A DNA stretch of 59,805 nt, filler included. It is 4 parts of 4 records of this genome, joined end to end, with 100 filler letters (N's around TTAATTAATTAA, not from the genome) between each part and the next. Parts side by side here need not be neighbours in the genome. Positions count along the whole stretch, not along the records: positions 1 to 15,160 come from SRR31156797_5197; 3 more parts are not named here. The stretch is one strand, 5' to 3'. This document shows positions 1 through 11,029 of this stretch, piece after piece (the stretch's first letter is position 1; each line of letters opens with the position of its first letter). The notes under the pieces were generated by a model. That model was not told the origin of the DNA and ran no database searches. It saw only the letters and a list, made by a program, of their open reading frames with translations. The translations under genes and the position numbers were made by a program.

Positions 1-1632
1 CGCGTTCGCGCCGGAAGAAACGCAATACAGGGGCAGATAATCCACCAGCGGACGGTCGCCGATAACCACGCCAGCCGCATGGGTCGAAGCATGTCTCGGC
101 AGAGCTTCCAAGGCCAGCGCGGTTTCAAGAAGCAGGTCGATTTTTTTATCGTCCTTGGCCGCATCCTTTAGCCCCCGCTCCATCTCAATGGCGTCTTTGA
201 GCTTGATGTTCAACTGGTCGGGCACCAGTTTGGCAATCCGGTCCACTTCGCCGTATGGTATGCCCAGGGCCCGCCCCACATCCCGGATAACCGCCTTGGC
301 CTTCATCTGGCCGAAAGTGATAATCTGGGCTACGTGCTCCTGGCCGCCGTAATGATCGGTTACATACCTGATAACTTCTTCACGTCCGTCCGTGCAGAAA
401 TCCACGTCGATATCAGGCATGGATATTCTTTCCACATTAAGGAAACGCTCGAAAAGAAGATTGTAAGGAATAGGATCAATATCCGTGATGCCGGTGGCAT
501 AGGCCACCAGGCTGCCGGCCGCCGACCCGCGGCCCGGGCCGACCGGTATCCCGTGGTCCCTGGCATAACCTATAAAATCGGCCACGATAAGAAAGTAACC
601 GGGAAAGCCCATCTTTATTATTACGTCAAGCTCGTACTGCAGCCTGTCCCGATAAACCTTTTCCTCTTCCTCGGTCAGCCCCTTGTTTTTTCGGATGCCT
701 TCCAGCCTTTTTTCCAAACCCTTCCAGGCGTCATCGCAAAGCCGCGAGTCCAGGCTTTCACCGCCTTCCAGCTTGAATTCCGGAAAATGATAGCTGTTGC
801 CGATAATGTCGATTTCATCTTCCACCATATTTGCAATGCGGACCGTGTTGGACAGGGCTTCCGGAGTATCGCTGAAAAGGTCGGCCATTTCTTTCGGGGA
901 CTTGAAATAATATTCCTGGGTGCTGAAACGGAGCCTGTTTTCATCGTCAACGGTTTTGCCGGTCTGAATGCAAAGCAGGGTGTCGTGGACTTCGCCGTCC
1001 TTTTTCTTCAAATAATGACAGTCATTGGTCGCCACCAGGGGCAGGCCGGTTTCCGCGGCCATTTTAATCAGGCCCTGGTTGACAATATCCTGTTCCGGCA
1101 AATAGTTTTTCTGTATTTCCAGAAAAAAGCGCCCGTCGAAAATATCCGCGTAATGCCGGGCCGATTTTAAGGCTTCATCGTCCTGTCCGCTTAAAATCAT
1201 ACGCGGCACCTGCCCCTGCAGGCAGGCCGACAAGGCGATAATGCCCTCGTTGTATTTTTCCAATATCTCCAGGTCCACCCGGGGCTTGTAATAAAAACCT
1301 TCAATATTGGCCAGCGATACAAGTCGGTTCAGGTTTTGGTAGCCCTCGAAATTCTGGGCCAACAAAACAAGATGGTAAACCGGATCTTTCGGGTCCCTTC
1401 TTTTGCGGCCCCGTGAAGCTACATAGGTTTCCACGCCGATAATGGATTTTATGCCCGCTTTTTTGGCTTCCTTATGGAATTTCAGAACGCCGAACATGTT
1501 GCCGTGATCCGTTATGGTCACGGCGGGCATCTCCCATTCCTTGGCGGTTTTTACCAGTTGTGGAACGCGGATGGCGCCGTCAAGAAGGCTGTATTCGGTA
1601 TGAACGTGAAGATGAACGAAATCAGCGGCCAT
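1..1632 (-). CDS. dnaE: DNA polymerase III alpha subunit, 5' part (runs off the window edge; absent from the ORF track)
   Basis: Manual translation from ATG at 1632: MAADFVHLHVHTEYSLLDGAIR (PHP domain), TDHGNMFG, GFYYKPRVD, ATNDCHY; near position 1 it reads LPRHASTHAAGVVI. Start is 2 nt from the guaA stop. Confidence 0.96.
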   Translation of the reverse strand, partial: MAADFVHLHVHTEYSLLDGAIRVPQLVKTAKEWEMPAVTITDHGNMFGVLKFHKEAKKAGIKSIIGVETYVASRGRKRRDPKDPVYHLVLLAQNFEGYQNLNRLVSLANIEGFYYKPRVDLEILEKYNEGIIALSACLQGQVPRMILSGQDDEALKSARHYADIFDGRFFLEIQKNYLPEQDIVNQGLIKMAAETGLPLVATNDCHYLKKKDGEVHDTLLCIQTGKTVDDENRLRFSTQEYYFKSPKEMADLFSDTPEALSNTVRIANMVEDEIDIIGNSYHFPEFKLEGGESLDSRLCDDAWKGLEKRLEGIRKNKGLTEEEEKVYRDRLQYELDVIIKMGFPGYFLIVADFIGYARDHGIPVGPGRGSAAGSLVAYATGITDIDPIPYNLLFERFLNVERISMPDIDVDFCTDGREEVIRYVTDHYGGQEHVAQIITFGQMKAKAVIRDVGRALGIPYGEVDRIAKLVPDQLNIKLKDAIEMERGLKDAAKDDKKIDLLLETALALEALPRHASTHAAGVVIGDRPLVDYLPLYCVSSGANA

Positions 1633-1633
1633 T

Positions 1634-3181
1634 TTATTCCCATTCTATCGTGCTGGGGGGTTTGGATGAAATGTCAAAGACCACCCGGTTGATCCCCTTT
1701 ACTTCATTGATAATCCTGTTGGATATAACCGCCAGAATGTCGTAAGGCACGCGGGTCCAGTCCGCGGTCATGGCGTCCAGGCTGTCGACAATCCTGAGCG
1801 CGGCCGTGTTTTCATAGGTCCGCTGGTCGCCCATCACGCCCACTGTTTTAACCGGCAAAAGCACGGCAAAATACTGCCACACCGAACGATGCATGTTGGC
1901 GGCCCTTATTTCCTCGCGCACAATCGCGTCCGCTTCCTGAAGAATCTTTATCCGTTCCGGCGTAACCTCGCCCAAAATGCGCACGGCCAGCCCTGGTCCC
2001 GGGAACGGCTGCCGCCAGACCAGTTCTTCCGGCATGCCCAGTTCGGTCCCCAGTTCCCTGACCTCATCCTTGAAAAGCTCTCTTAAAGGCTCCACCAATT
2101 CCAGTTTCATCACATCCGGCAGACCGCCCACATTGTGATGACTCTTTATCGTGGCCGACGGTCCCTTGAAGGAAACCGATTCAATTACATCGGGATAAAG
2201 CGTTCCCTGGGCCAGGTACTTTACTTCGCCCAACTTTTTAGCTTCTTCTTCAAACACGCTGATAAATTCATGGCCGATGACCTTGCGCTTTTGCTCGGGA
2301 TCGTCAACTCCGGCCAGCTTGCCCAGGAATTGTCCGGATGCGTCCGCGTGAACCAGGTTTAGATTAAACTTGTCGCGGAAAACATTGACCACGTAATCCG
2401 CCTCGCCCTGGCGCAAGACTCCGTTATCCACAAAAATGCAGGTCAACTGGTCGCCAATGGCCTTGTGCAACAGCACCGCTGTCACCGACGAATCCACGCC
2501 GCCGGAAAGTCCGCAAATAACATGGTCTTTGCCGATTTTTTCCTTGAGATGATTAATCGAGGATTCAATAAAATTGGCCATGGTCCACGTGGGCTCAAGA
2601 CCGCAGATGTGGAAAAGAAAATTGCCGAGTATTTCCTTGCCCCGGGGAGTGTGGGCAACTTCCGGATGAAACTGTACGCCGAACAACCGGCCGTCGGAAT
2701 CGTGCATGGCCGCCACTGGCGAATTCTGGCTATGGCCGATGCCCGAAAAACCGGGCGGGGGAGTCTGAATTCTGTCTCCATGGCTCATCCAGACCTTGAG
2801 CGGTTCCTCCAGGTCATCCATGCCGTGGAACAGATCGCCGGTCTCATCCACAAATACTTCCGCCGGACCGTATTCCCTGTGCGCGGCCGAAGCAACTTCT
2901 CCGCCCAGTAAATGGGTCATGAGCTGCATGCCGTAGCAGATGCCCAACACAGGCACGCCGAGGTCGAATACTTCCTTGCTCACGTGGGGCGCACCCTCAT
3001 CGTAAACGGAAGAAGGACTGCCGGATAATATCACGCCCCTCGGATTCATGGCCTTGATCCTGTCCATTTCCATGGTGCAGGGGTGTATTTCGCAATAAAC
3101 TTTCAACTCGCGCACCCGGCGGGCGATGAGTTGCGTGTACTGGGAACCAAAGTCCAGGATAAGTATCATTTCGTTATGCAT
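1634..3181 (-). CDS. guaA: GMP synthase (glutamine-hydrolysing)
   Basis: [49 protein letters not shown]-terminal [10 protein letters not shown]. Confidence 0.98.
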   Translation of the reverse strand: MHNEMILILDFGSQYTQLIARRVRELKVYCEIHPCTMEMDRIKAMNPRGVILSGSPSSVYDEGAPHVSKEVFDLGVPVLGICYGMQLMTHLLGGEVASAAHREYGPAEVFVDETGDLFHGMDDLEEPLKVWMSHGDRIQTPPPGFSGIGHSQNSPVAAMHDSDGRLFGVQFHPEVAHTPRGKEILGNFLFHICGLEPTWTMANFIESSINHLKEKIGKDHVICGLSGGVDSSVTAVLLHKAIGDQLTCIFVDNGVLRQGEADYVVNVFRDKFNLNLVHADASGQFLGKLAGVDDPEQKRKVIGHEFISVFEEEAKKLGEVKYLAQGTLYPDVIESVSFKGPSATIKSHHNVGGLPDVMKLELVEPLRELFKDEVRELGTELGMPEELVWRQPFPGPGLAVRILGEVTPERIKILQEADAIVREEIRAANMHRSVWQYFAVLLPVKTVGVMGDQRTYENTAALRIVDSLDAMTADWTRVPYDILAVISNRIINEVKGINRVVFDISSKPPSTIEWE

Positions 3182-3238
3182 GTCGTCCCCGATTTTTCGG
3201 TTGCGGCCCGCAAAGGAGCGGGCTTTGTTGCTTTAATC

Positions 3239-4723
<1,485 letters not shown>

Positions 4724-5686
4724 TCAAATACTCCTTAGTCCGGCGGACGCCAGCCAGATGCCTTCCAAAAGACCGGCGTCGCTGACAATAATGTGTGGGG
4801 CGTTGAAAAAATACATTATCTCCAAAACAGCGGCCGCTCCGCCCAATATTATATCAGCCCTGTCCGGCGGCAGCCCGGGCAGTTTTGCCCTTTCTGCTGC
4901 GGGCAGGGCCAGCATGCCTCTGAATATTTCCTCGAGCTTTTCACGGCTCAGCCTGAAATTATTAATTAATTCAGGTTCGTATGATGTCAATTCCAAGGCC
5001 GTCGCTGCCAGGGTCGTTGTTGTGCCGGCGGTGCCGACAACGGTTGCGTCGCCCGCCTGCTCCCTGATTTCCGACAGCCCGTTTTTCAATATTAACGAAG
5101 CTTCGAACCGGCAGCTTTCGACTTCATCGATAGACGGCGGATCGCCGGTTAAAAAATCTTCCGTCAAAGCCACCGCGCCCAGGCCCAGGCTTATGGTTTC
5201 CCTGGTCTCGCCGCGAACGGCAATGGCAAATTCCGTGCTGCGCCCGCCCAGGTCAAACACCAGTGCGTTTTCCGGAACCGGGTCCAGTCCGGTCATGACC
5301 CCGGCCGTGGTCAATTCCGCTTCCTGCCTTCCGGATAACACTACTGTTTCAAAACCAAGTTCGCGCCGGATGCGCTCCAAAAATTCCTCTCCATCCGCCG
5401 CCTCGCGTACAGCCATGGTGGCGCCTAAAAGAACTCGCCCGACGCCTTCGGCGTCCAGGCGGTCCCTGTATTTTTTCAGCACTTCCCAGGTTCGTCCAAC
5501 AGCTTCCGAAAGTAAAAAGGCCCCCGGCTGGAGACCCTGACCCAGTCTGGTCGCCTCCTGGCTGAGGATAAGCCTGTCTATGCCGCCGGGTTTGGCCGAG
5601 GCCGCAAGAAGTCTTACTGTGTTCGAACCCAGGTCAATTGCCGCTGCAAGGGTAGGGCGCATTCGTTCTCGGCTTTGGCAGGCCAT
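4724..5686 (-). CDS. Ppx/GppA family phosphatase, short form without HD domain; true start may be the downstream Met (MRPTL)
   Basis: [49 protein letters not shown] motifs. Confidence 0.9.
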   Translation of the reverse strand: MACQSRERMRPTLAAAIDLGSNTVRLLAASAKPGGIDRLILSQEATRLGQGLQPGAFLLSEAVGRTWEVLKKYRDRLDAEGVGRVLLGATMAVREAADGEEFLERIRRELGFETVVLSGRQEAELTTAGVMTGLDPVPENALVFDLGGRSTEFAIAVRGETRETISLGLGAVALTEDFLTGDPPSIDEVESCRFEASLILKNGLSEIREQAGDATVVGTAGTTTTLAATALELTSYEPELINNFRLSREKLEEIFRGMLALPAAERAKLPGLPPDRADIILGGAAAVLEIMYFFNAPHIIVSDAGLLEGIWLASAGLRSI

Positions 5687-5853
5687 GGCCTTATAACGGC
5701 CAAGGCGAAAAAAATTTGCTCTGTAATAACAAAAGCCCGCCTGCGTGGCAAGTGGTTTCTCCCGTTTTCAGCGTCATTTTCCGCGCACTTACAAGGTGCG
5801 ATTGACACAGGTGCAGGCCTTTGACCATAATTACTTATAGAGGGATATATCAT

Positions 5854-6825
5854 ATGAAGTCGATGGATGAAAGACTGTTTGAACACTTTGCCGGATCCGC
5901 CCTGGGATCTTTTATCGGCGACGCCGTGGGCATGCCCGTGGAAGGCTGGTTTGCGGAAGAAATCAGGCAAAAATACGGTTACTTGGATAAGATGATCTCC
6001 GGCCGCTTTCCCGCGGGCTGGTACACCGACGATACGGAAATGATGATATCGATTCTGGAAGCCCTGGTGATAGCCGGCGGCGCCGACCCGGCTCTTGTCG
6101 CCTCCAGGTTTTTGACAAATTTTCATCCCGAGCGAGGTTACGGCGCCCGCATCTATGGAATAATGGAACAGCTGGCCAGGGGCGAATCGTGGGAACGGGT
6201 CGGCACGGATTCATTCGGCAACGGCAGCGCCATGCGCGTGGCCCCGATAGGCTTTTTCTATTATGACGATCTGGAAAAAACCGCGCGGGCGGCCGTGGCC
6301 CAGGCAAGCATCACCCATCGTCATCCCGAAGCCCTGGCCGGAGCGGTCATTCAGGCAGGAGCCGTGGCCCTGGCTGTCCGGGCCGGCCTGAACAACGAAC
6401 CGGTTGATAAATTTTATTTTCTTAATTCACTGGCCGAACTTGGACGCGAATGGGATGAAAAAAGCGCGGACCGGTTGCTGCATATTATGGATATTAAGCC
6501 AGGTCCGCCCAAGGAAATCATTAGCCAGGTCACACGTCTTTACGACTGCAATGTCAAGGCAATAGAGGCTGTTCCTCCCGCCCTGGCCGCGTTTCTATTT
6601 GCCGATGATTTTAAACAGGCCGTAACCCTGGCTGTTAATTTCGGAGGCGATACGGACACCATCGGCGCCATGGCCGGGGCAGTCGCCGGGGCTTACCACG
6701 GTTTGACGGCTCTTCCGGCAGAATGGTTGAATATGTTGGAAAACAAGGCGCTTGGCCGCGATTATGTTGCAAAATTATGTCGGGATCTGGCCGGTATGAA
6801 AGCCGATTGGGTTACAAAACCATAA
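5854..6825 (+). CDS. ADP-ribosylglycohydrolase (ARH/DraG family)
   Basis: GDAVG, YTDDTEM, GNGSAMR, ITH, GDTDTIGAMAGAVAGA. ATG at 5854 follows an AGAGGG RBS and is preferred over TTG 5821. Confidence 0.92.
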   Translation: MKSMDERLFEHFAGSALGSFIGDAVGMPVEGWFAEEIRQKYGYLDKMISGRFPAGWYTDDTEMMISILEALVIAGGADPALVASRFLTNFHPERGYGARIYGIMEQLARGESWERVGTDSFGNGSAMRVAPIGFFYYDDLEKTARAAVAQASITHRHPEALAGAVIQAGAVALAVRAGLNNEPVDKFYFLNSLAELGREWDEKSADRLLHIMDIKPGPPKEIISQVTRLYDCNVKAIEAVPPALAAFLFADDFKQAVTLAVNFGGDTDTIGAMAGAVAGAYHGLTALPAEWLNMLENKALGRDYVAKLCRDLAGMKADWVTKP

Positions 6826-6865
6826 AGAAATGGTTCCATTTTTTAAAAAATTTCATAGATTCTGG

Positions 6866-6894
6866 TTGACTTCATGAATGTTCGATGCTAAACA
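6866..6894 (+). promoter_or_regulatory. Putative sigma-70 promoter of tRNA-Lys
   Basis: TTGACT-N17-TAAACA with extended -10 TG, 34 nt upstream of the tRNA. Confidence 0.55.
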
Positions 6895-6928
6895 AGTTGC
6901 GTTCAGGGAGGCGACTCCCATTACATAT

Positions 6929-7004
6929 GCGCCGCTAGCTCAATTGGCAGAGCAAATGACTCTTAATCATTAGGTTCGGGGTTCGATTCCCTGGCGGCGC
7001 ACCA
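6929..7004 (+). tRNA. tRNA-Lys (anticodon CTT)
   Basis: 76 nt; acceptor GCGCCGC/GCGGCGC + ACCA; D-arm AGCTCAATTGGCAGAGC; anticodon arm AATGA-CTCTTAA-TCATT; T-loop GTTCGATTC. Confidence 0.97.
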
Positions 7005-7015
7005 ACAGACCATTC

Positions 7016-7049
7016 AAGCACTTACGTCAATCGACCTAAGTGCTTTTTT
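7016..7049 (+). terminator. Rho-independent terminator after the tRNA; also copy 1 of a 31-bp direct repeat
   Basis: AAGCACTTA-cGTC-aatc-GACc-TAAGTGCTT followed by a T run. Confidence 0.7.
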
Positions 7050-7214
7050 ATTGGGGTAAGCGTGGGGTAAACGCGCGGATTAATTACGACATTCAATTTA
7101 TAAATCAAACCTTTACGTGCATATTATTTGTTTTTGCAGCTTGTATTTGAAAGGGACAGCAGTGAACCCGGCGTGTTTTTGGTTTTCTGCCAGAAAGCAC
7201 GAATCCTGTTAAGT

Positions 7215-7296
7215 GTTTGACCGAGTGAATACCGATGGATTATTATAACTGGATACTTGTGAAATGTGAGATTTTCAGAGAAATCGGATAGAAATC
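7215..7296 (+). repeat. 82-bp promoter-like direct repeat, copy 1
   Basis: 73/82 identical by manual alignment to 8652-8733; contains TTGACC-N18-TATTAT. Confidence 0.9.
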
Positions 7297-7484
7297 TCTT
7301 ATAGTGGATGGAGCACAAGTCTTTCGGCCCGGACCAATGCGTTTTAAACAGGTCAAAAGCATTTTAACTGGACACCCAAGATATTTAAAGGATACGTTTA
7401 TGCGGATGTTGCGAAAAAGCGGCATGAACCTCATAATGATGATATTGACGCGTCGAATGATTTTTTCTGATAGAAGGGGGCTGT

Positions 7485-8180
7485 ATGTTTAAAAAAGTAA
7501 TTCTGTTGTCGTTCCTATGTGTGCTTTTCAGCATCGGCACGGCTGGCGCTGCGGATCCCGCGGCGTCTTTTCCCGGCTTGTCAATGGTCGACCTGAACGG
7601 CATCAGAATCTATTATCATCCGGACAGCACGGAGTTGATAAAAAAGACCGGCCGGGAAGATATTGTACGCGTCCTGCGAACCAGGATCGACCACACAAAA
7701 CCGCAAACCTATGTCGTCGATTTCGATCCGGGACCAAGCGACGACCCCGCGTTTGTCGTGTATGCGGAAAACGGGGCGAACCTTAACGAGCTTATCGATG
7801 AGCGGGGCGAGCCGTTTATCGTGGGCGGGCTTAACCTGATCATTCCGGGCAACGGGTCCCTCTACGTGTCAGGCCACACGAACAATATGTTCAATGAACG
7901 GCGCAAGTTTAAAGTAATGGGAAACAGGGTGCGGGAAATCCCCCAGCCGTTTTACTATGTCGGAATCGGAACCGTCACGACTCGGCCGATCAAACTGTAT
8001 TCGTCATTGTCGAAAAAAGAAGTGGTCGCCCAGTTGCCGAAAGACGCCAAAATCGCCGTCCTGGTGAATAAAGGGGAACACTACCTGGTTAAGACCTCGT
8101 TCGGGCTGGTCGGCTGGGTTCATATTCCAAATTACGAATACCGGACTCCCTTAAAAGGAATTACCTATGCCGGCGATTGA
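7485..8180 (+). CDS. Secreted hypothetical protein with possible C-terminal SH3b-like domain
   Basis: Signal peptide MFKKVILLSFLCVLFSIGTAGA; AGGGGG RBS; C-terminal VAQLPKDAKIAVL...YLVKTSFGLVGWV. Confidence 0.75.
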   Translation: MFKKVILLSFLCVLFSIGTAGAADPAASFPGLSMVDLNGIRIYYHPDSTELIKKTGREDIVRVLRTRIDHTKPQTYVVDFDPGPSDDPAFVVYAENGANLNELIDERGEPFIVGGLNLIIPGNGSLYVSGHTNNMFNERRKFKVMGNRVREIPQPFYYVGIGTVTTRPIKLYSSLSKKEVVAQLPKDAKIAVLVNKGEHYLVKTSFGLVGWVHIPNYEYRTPLKGITYAGD

Positions 8181-8288
8181 TTCGAATTAAAACCTCGTAT
8201 GGTTACAAGCAGATCTCGAATCCGCGAAATTATTTAATCATCGGATATGACAGGCATGACCTGTCAGAAAGGAAGCATGCGCTTCCAA

Positions 8289-8452
8289 GGGGTCAGATCT
8301 TTGCTATACGCTTTTTGATTTTTTACTTTATCCACGCCGTCTTGGACCGCAGGTTCCTATCCTTCTCATTCTATTGTTCAACCGACATAAAACACTGCTC
8401 TGCTGACCGAGGCATAAGAGCCTGGATGAAAATACTTCCGAATCCTTTCCAG
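8289..8452 (-). pseudogene. Probable decayed 3' end of a REP-associated (IS200-like, RAYT) transposase with C-terminal HTH
   Basis: Minus-strand pieces in shifting frames: LERIRKYFHPGSYASVS / SVLCRLNNRM / KDRNLRSKTAWIK*KIKKRIAKI*, ending in AAAGATCTGACCCC. Family assignment is from recalled similarity only. Confidence 0.4.
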
Positions 8453-8651
8453 TTATACATTCACAACGGATTAAAAACCAGTAAGACACCCAATGAAAAC
8501 CAAGCCAGGAATAAACCAGGACACCCAAAATTTATCGGAGCAGATCACGCCCAAGGGACCCGAATGTCCTCCAACGTCAATTGATTTATGATTGTCCTAT
8601 TAAATTTCTATAATATTTTGTCACTGAGCCTTGAATGGCGGGCTGGTTTTG

Positions 8652-8733
8652 GTTTGACCGAGTGAAGACCGATGGATTATTATACCCGAAAACCTGACAA
8701 ATGTGAGATTTTCAGAGAAATCGGTTAGAAATC
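8652..8733 (+). repeat. 82-bp promoter-like direct repeat, copy 2
   Basis: GTTTGACCGAGTGAAgACCGATGGATTATTATA...AAATGTGAGATTTTCAGAGAAATCGGtTAGAAATC, 57 nt upstream of the GT8 gene. Confidence 0.9.
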
Positions 8734-8790
8734 GCGTTGACCACCGCATAATTCAAGGTCGGAAATTAACGCGGAAGAAGGGAGAATGAA

Positions 8791-9729
8791 GTGGATCCGG
8801 ACATCAATCTGGTTTACGGCGTCGACAAAATATTTTTTAAGCCAATGGTAACTTCGGCGATTTCCGCCATGGAAAATTTATCTGCCGGTCGAAAAATATC
8901 CCTTTATCTGGTTTATCGAGATATTCCAGCTGAAACCATTGATGTTGGAGTAAAATTCTTTCAAGAACGATATGGTATGAAGCTGAATGCGGTGAAGTTG
9001 CCGGCTGATAAGTCCAGGATTTTTACCAGTGAAATTTGTCCTGAAAAGCATATTTCCGATGCCATGTTCGACCGTTTGTTTATTCATGAAATTGTTCCGG
9101 AGATAGATAAAGCAATATATTTGGATGCGGACACAATTGTTAATGGCGACTTGAGCGAGCTGTATGATATTGACTTGGGCAAATCCAGCTTGGGAGCGGT
9201 GATTGAGCCGGGGTTTGACTATAAAATTGAGGAATATGGATATACTGCAACCCGGTTGGCGCATTTGGATATTGAATCCCACTATTTTAATTCGGGGGTA
9301 TTGCTATTAAATCTGCCTAAATTACGACAGATCGATCTGGTTAAGCGGTGTCAGGAAACCTATGTCAAATATAAAAAACATTTGATCTGGCTTGACCAGG
9401 ACATGTTGAATATTCTGTTTGGCGAGGAAACCTGTTACCTGCCGCCCAAGTTCAATTCTGAAGTATTCGATAATGCTTCCTTTTCAGCGGAGTTTAGAAA
9501 CTATTTTGATTTCTATGGCAAGACGGCGCCGTATAGTGACGAGGAGATTCAGCAGGCAATTGATAATCCTGCGGTAATCCACTATGTCGGGCCTTATAAA
9601 CCGTGGATACATCCGGGAGAGTATTATATCCACAAAGAAAAATACTGGAAATATTTTAATCTATCTCCCTGGCGCAGTGATGATTCCCTTTTAGTAGAAA
9701 AGAAATTGAGCGCCGGCAAACATGACTGA
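8791..9729 (+). CDS. Glycosyltransferase family 8
   Basis: YLDAD (DxD), YFNSGVLLLNL, DQDMLN, IHYVGPYKPW; GTG start with a GGGAG RBS. Confidence 0.92.
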   Translation: MDPDINLVYGVDKIFFKPMVTSAISAMENLSAGRKISLYLVYRDIPAETIDVGVKFFQERYGMKLNAVKLPADKSRIFTSEICPEKHISDAMFDRLFIHEIVPEIDKAIYLDADTIVNGDLSELYDIDLGKSSLGAVIEPGFDYKIEEYGYTATRLAHLDIESHYFNSGVLLLNLPKLRQIDLVKRCQETYVKYKKHLIWLDQDMLNILFGEETCYLPPKFNSEVFDNASFSAEFRNYFDFYGKTAPYSDEEIQQAIDNPAVIHYVGPYKPWIHPGEYYIHKEKYWKYFNLSPWRSDDSLLVEKKLSAGKHD

Positions 9730-11020
9730 CGCGAAGCCGGCGCCGGCGCCATCAATATTTAAAGCATATCTGGTTTGTATATCATCTGCTTTGTACCTGT
9801 TTTATAGTTTGTTGCAGATGACCGCGTTTAATGCGGTCGGCAAATCAATAATGGCTGACTGCAGCATGAATGCCGCCCAATTGGGATTCTTGTCCTCAAT
9901 GTATTTCTGGGCCGGCGTAATCTTCCTGTTACCGGCGGGATTGCTCCTGGATAGATTTTCAATAAAAAAAATCCTGCTGATAATAACCGCCGTCACGGCA
10001 ATGGCAATCTACCTGTTTGCTTTTGCAAAAAGTTTTTTATTTGCTTCAATCGTTTATTTCATAGTGGGCGTCGGCGGCGCTTTTGCCTTTATTCTCCCGT
10101 TGACGTTGGTTTCACGTTGGATTCCCGCCCACCGGACGGCCCTTGTGAGTGGAGTATGTATTGCCCTGGGAATGATGGGGGGAATGTTCAGCAATTCAAT
10201 CCTGGTTTGGCTGACAAGCAAGGCGGGATGGCGGGCGGCGATGCAATGGAACTCAGCGTTTGGCGGGCTCCTGTTTTTTATTATGCTTTTTACCGTCCAG
10301 GATTATCCTGATAATTATTATAGCGATGGCAATCGTGAGTCGCAGCCCGGCGTGCTTTCTCTTTTTGGCGGCATGAAGCAAGCCGTCAAGAATCTTCAGA
10401 ACTGGTTGTTTGGAACATACACCTGCCTGATCAACTTGCCCGTCCTGATTTTTGGCGCCGTATTTGGAGTTAATTATTTACAAAAAGTGTTTCATATGAC
10501 GTTGGCGGAAGCTGGACTTATCAATGTGCTGCTTTTTGTAGGAGCCGCTCTGGGATCGCCGGCCTTTGGCTGGCTGTCGGATGTAATGCGGTTGCGAAAA
10601 AGGCCGATGTATATTGGCGCCACGGCATGCCTGCTGCTGATTTTCATGCTGATGTATATCAGGCCGCTGCCGGAATTTGCGATTGCTTCAATCTTCTTTT
10701 TGCTTGGATTTTTTTCCAGCGCCCAGGTGGTCGCCTATCCGGCCATCACCGAAAATAATCCGGCCAATAATACCGCCACGGCTTTAAGCCTGGGATCGAT
10801 GATCAACATGATTGGCGGCATAATCCCGCTGCCGCTATTCGGATTCTTACTGGATTTCCGCGGGAAGCTTCATCATCTGCATCAGGTGGGCCTCTATTCG
10901 GTTTCCGACTATCGATTTGCCCTATGGCTGCTGCCGATTTCTTTCCTGATCAGCGTAGGGGTGCTGATATTTGCCCGGGAAACAAGATGCGCGCCCATGG
11001 ATGATAATAGAGGATGCTAA
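9722..11020 (+). CDS. MFS transporter
   Basis: About 12 hydrophobic segments; motif A GLLLDRFSIKK and GWLSDVMRLRK; overlaps the GT8 stop by 8 nt. Confidence 0.9.
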   Translation: MTDAKPAPAPSIFKAYLVCISSALYLFYSLLQMTAFNAVGKSIMADCSMNAAQLGFLSSMYFWAGVIFLLPAGLLLDRFSIKKILLIITAVTAMAIYLFAFAKSFLFASIVYFIVGVGGAFAFILPLTLVSRWIPAHRTALVSGVCIALGMMGGMFSNSILVWLTSKAGWRAAMQWNSAFGGLLFFIMLFTVQDYPDNYYSDGNRESQPGVLSLFGGMKQAVKNLQNWLFGTYTCLINLPVLIFGAVFGVNYLQKVFHMTLAEAGLINVLLFVGAALGSPAFGWLSDVMRLRKRPMYIGATACLLLIFMLMYIRPLPEFAIASIFFLLGFFSSAQVVAYPAITENNPANNTATALSLGSMINMIGGIIPLPLFGFLLDFRGKLHHLHQVGLYSVSDYRFALWLLPISFLISVGVLIFARETRCAPMDDNRGC

Positions 11021-11029
11021 ATATATAAA

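Noticed and set aside
1-1632. Intein in dnaE
   Set aside because: The parts I translated follow the normal PHP-to-polymerase order at normal length; the rest of the gene is outside the window.
155-1745. Plus-strand ORFs such as 334-1170 (278 aa)
   Set aside because: Antisense shadows of dnaE, which the track misses because it has no stop inside the window.
5854-6825. ADP-ribosylglycohydrolase as part of a DraT/DraG or toxin-antitoxin system
   Set aside because: No ADP-ribosyltransferase, nif or toxin gene nearby; stand-alone ARH genes are common.
8177-8584. 135-aa plus-strand ORF
   Set aside because: No RBS or motif; overlaps the probable minus-strand transposase remnant and repeat motifs.
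7215-8733. Possible CRISPR array or integron attC cassettes
   Set aside because: Only two long copies 1.4 kb apart, no regular spacers, no attC-type inverted core sites seen, and no cas or intI gene.
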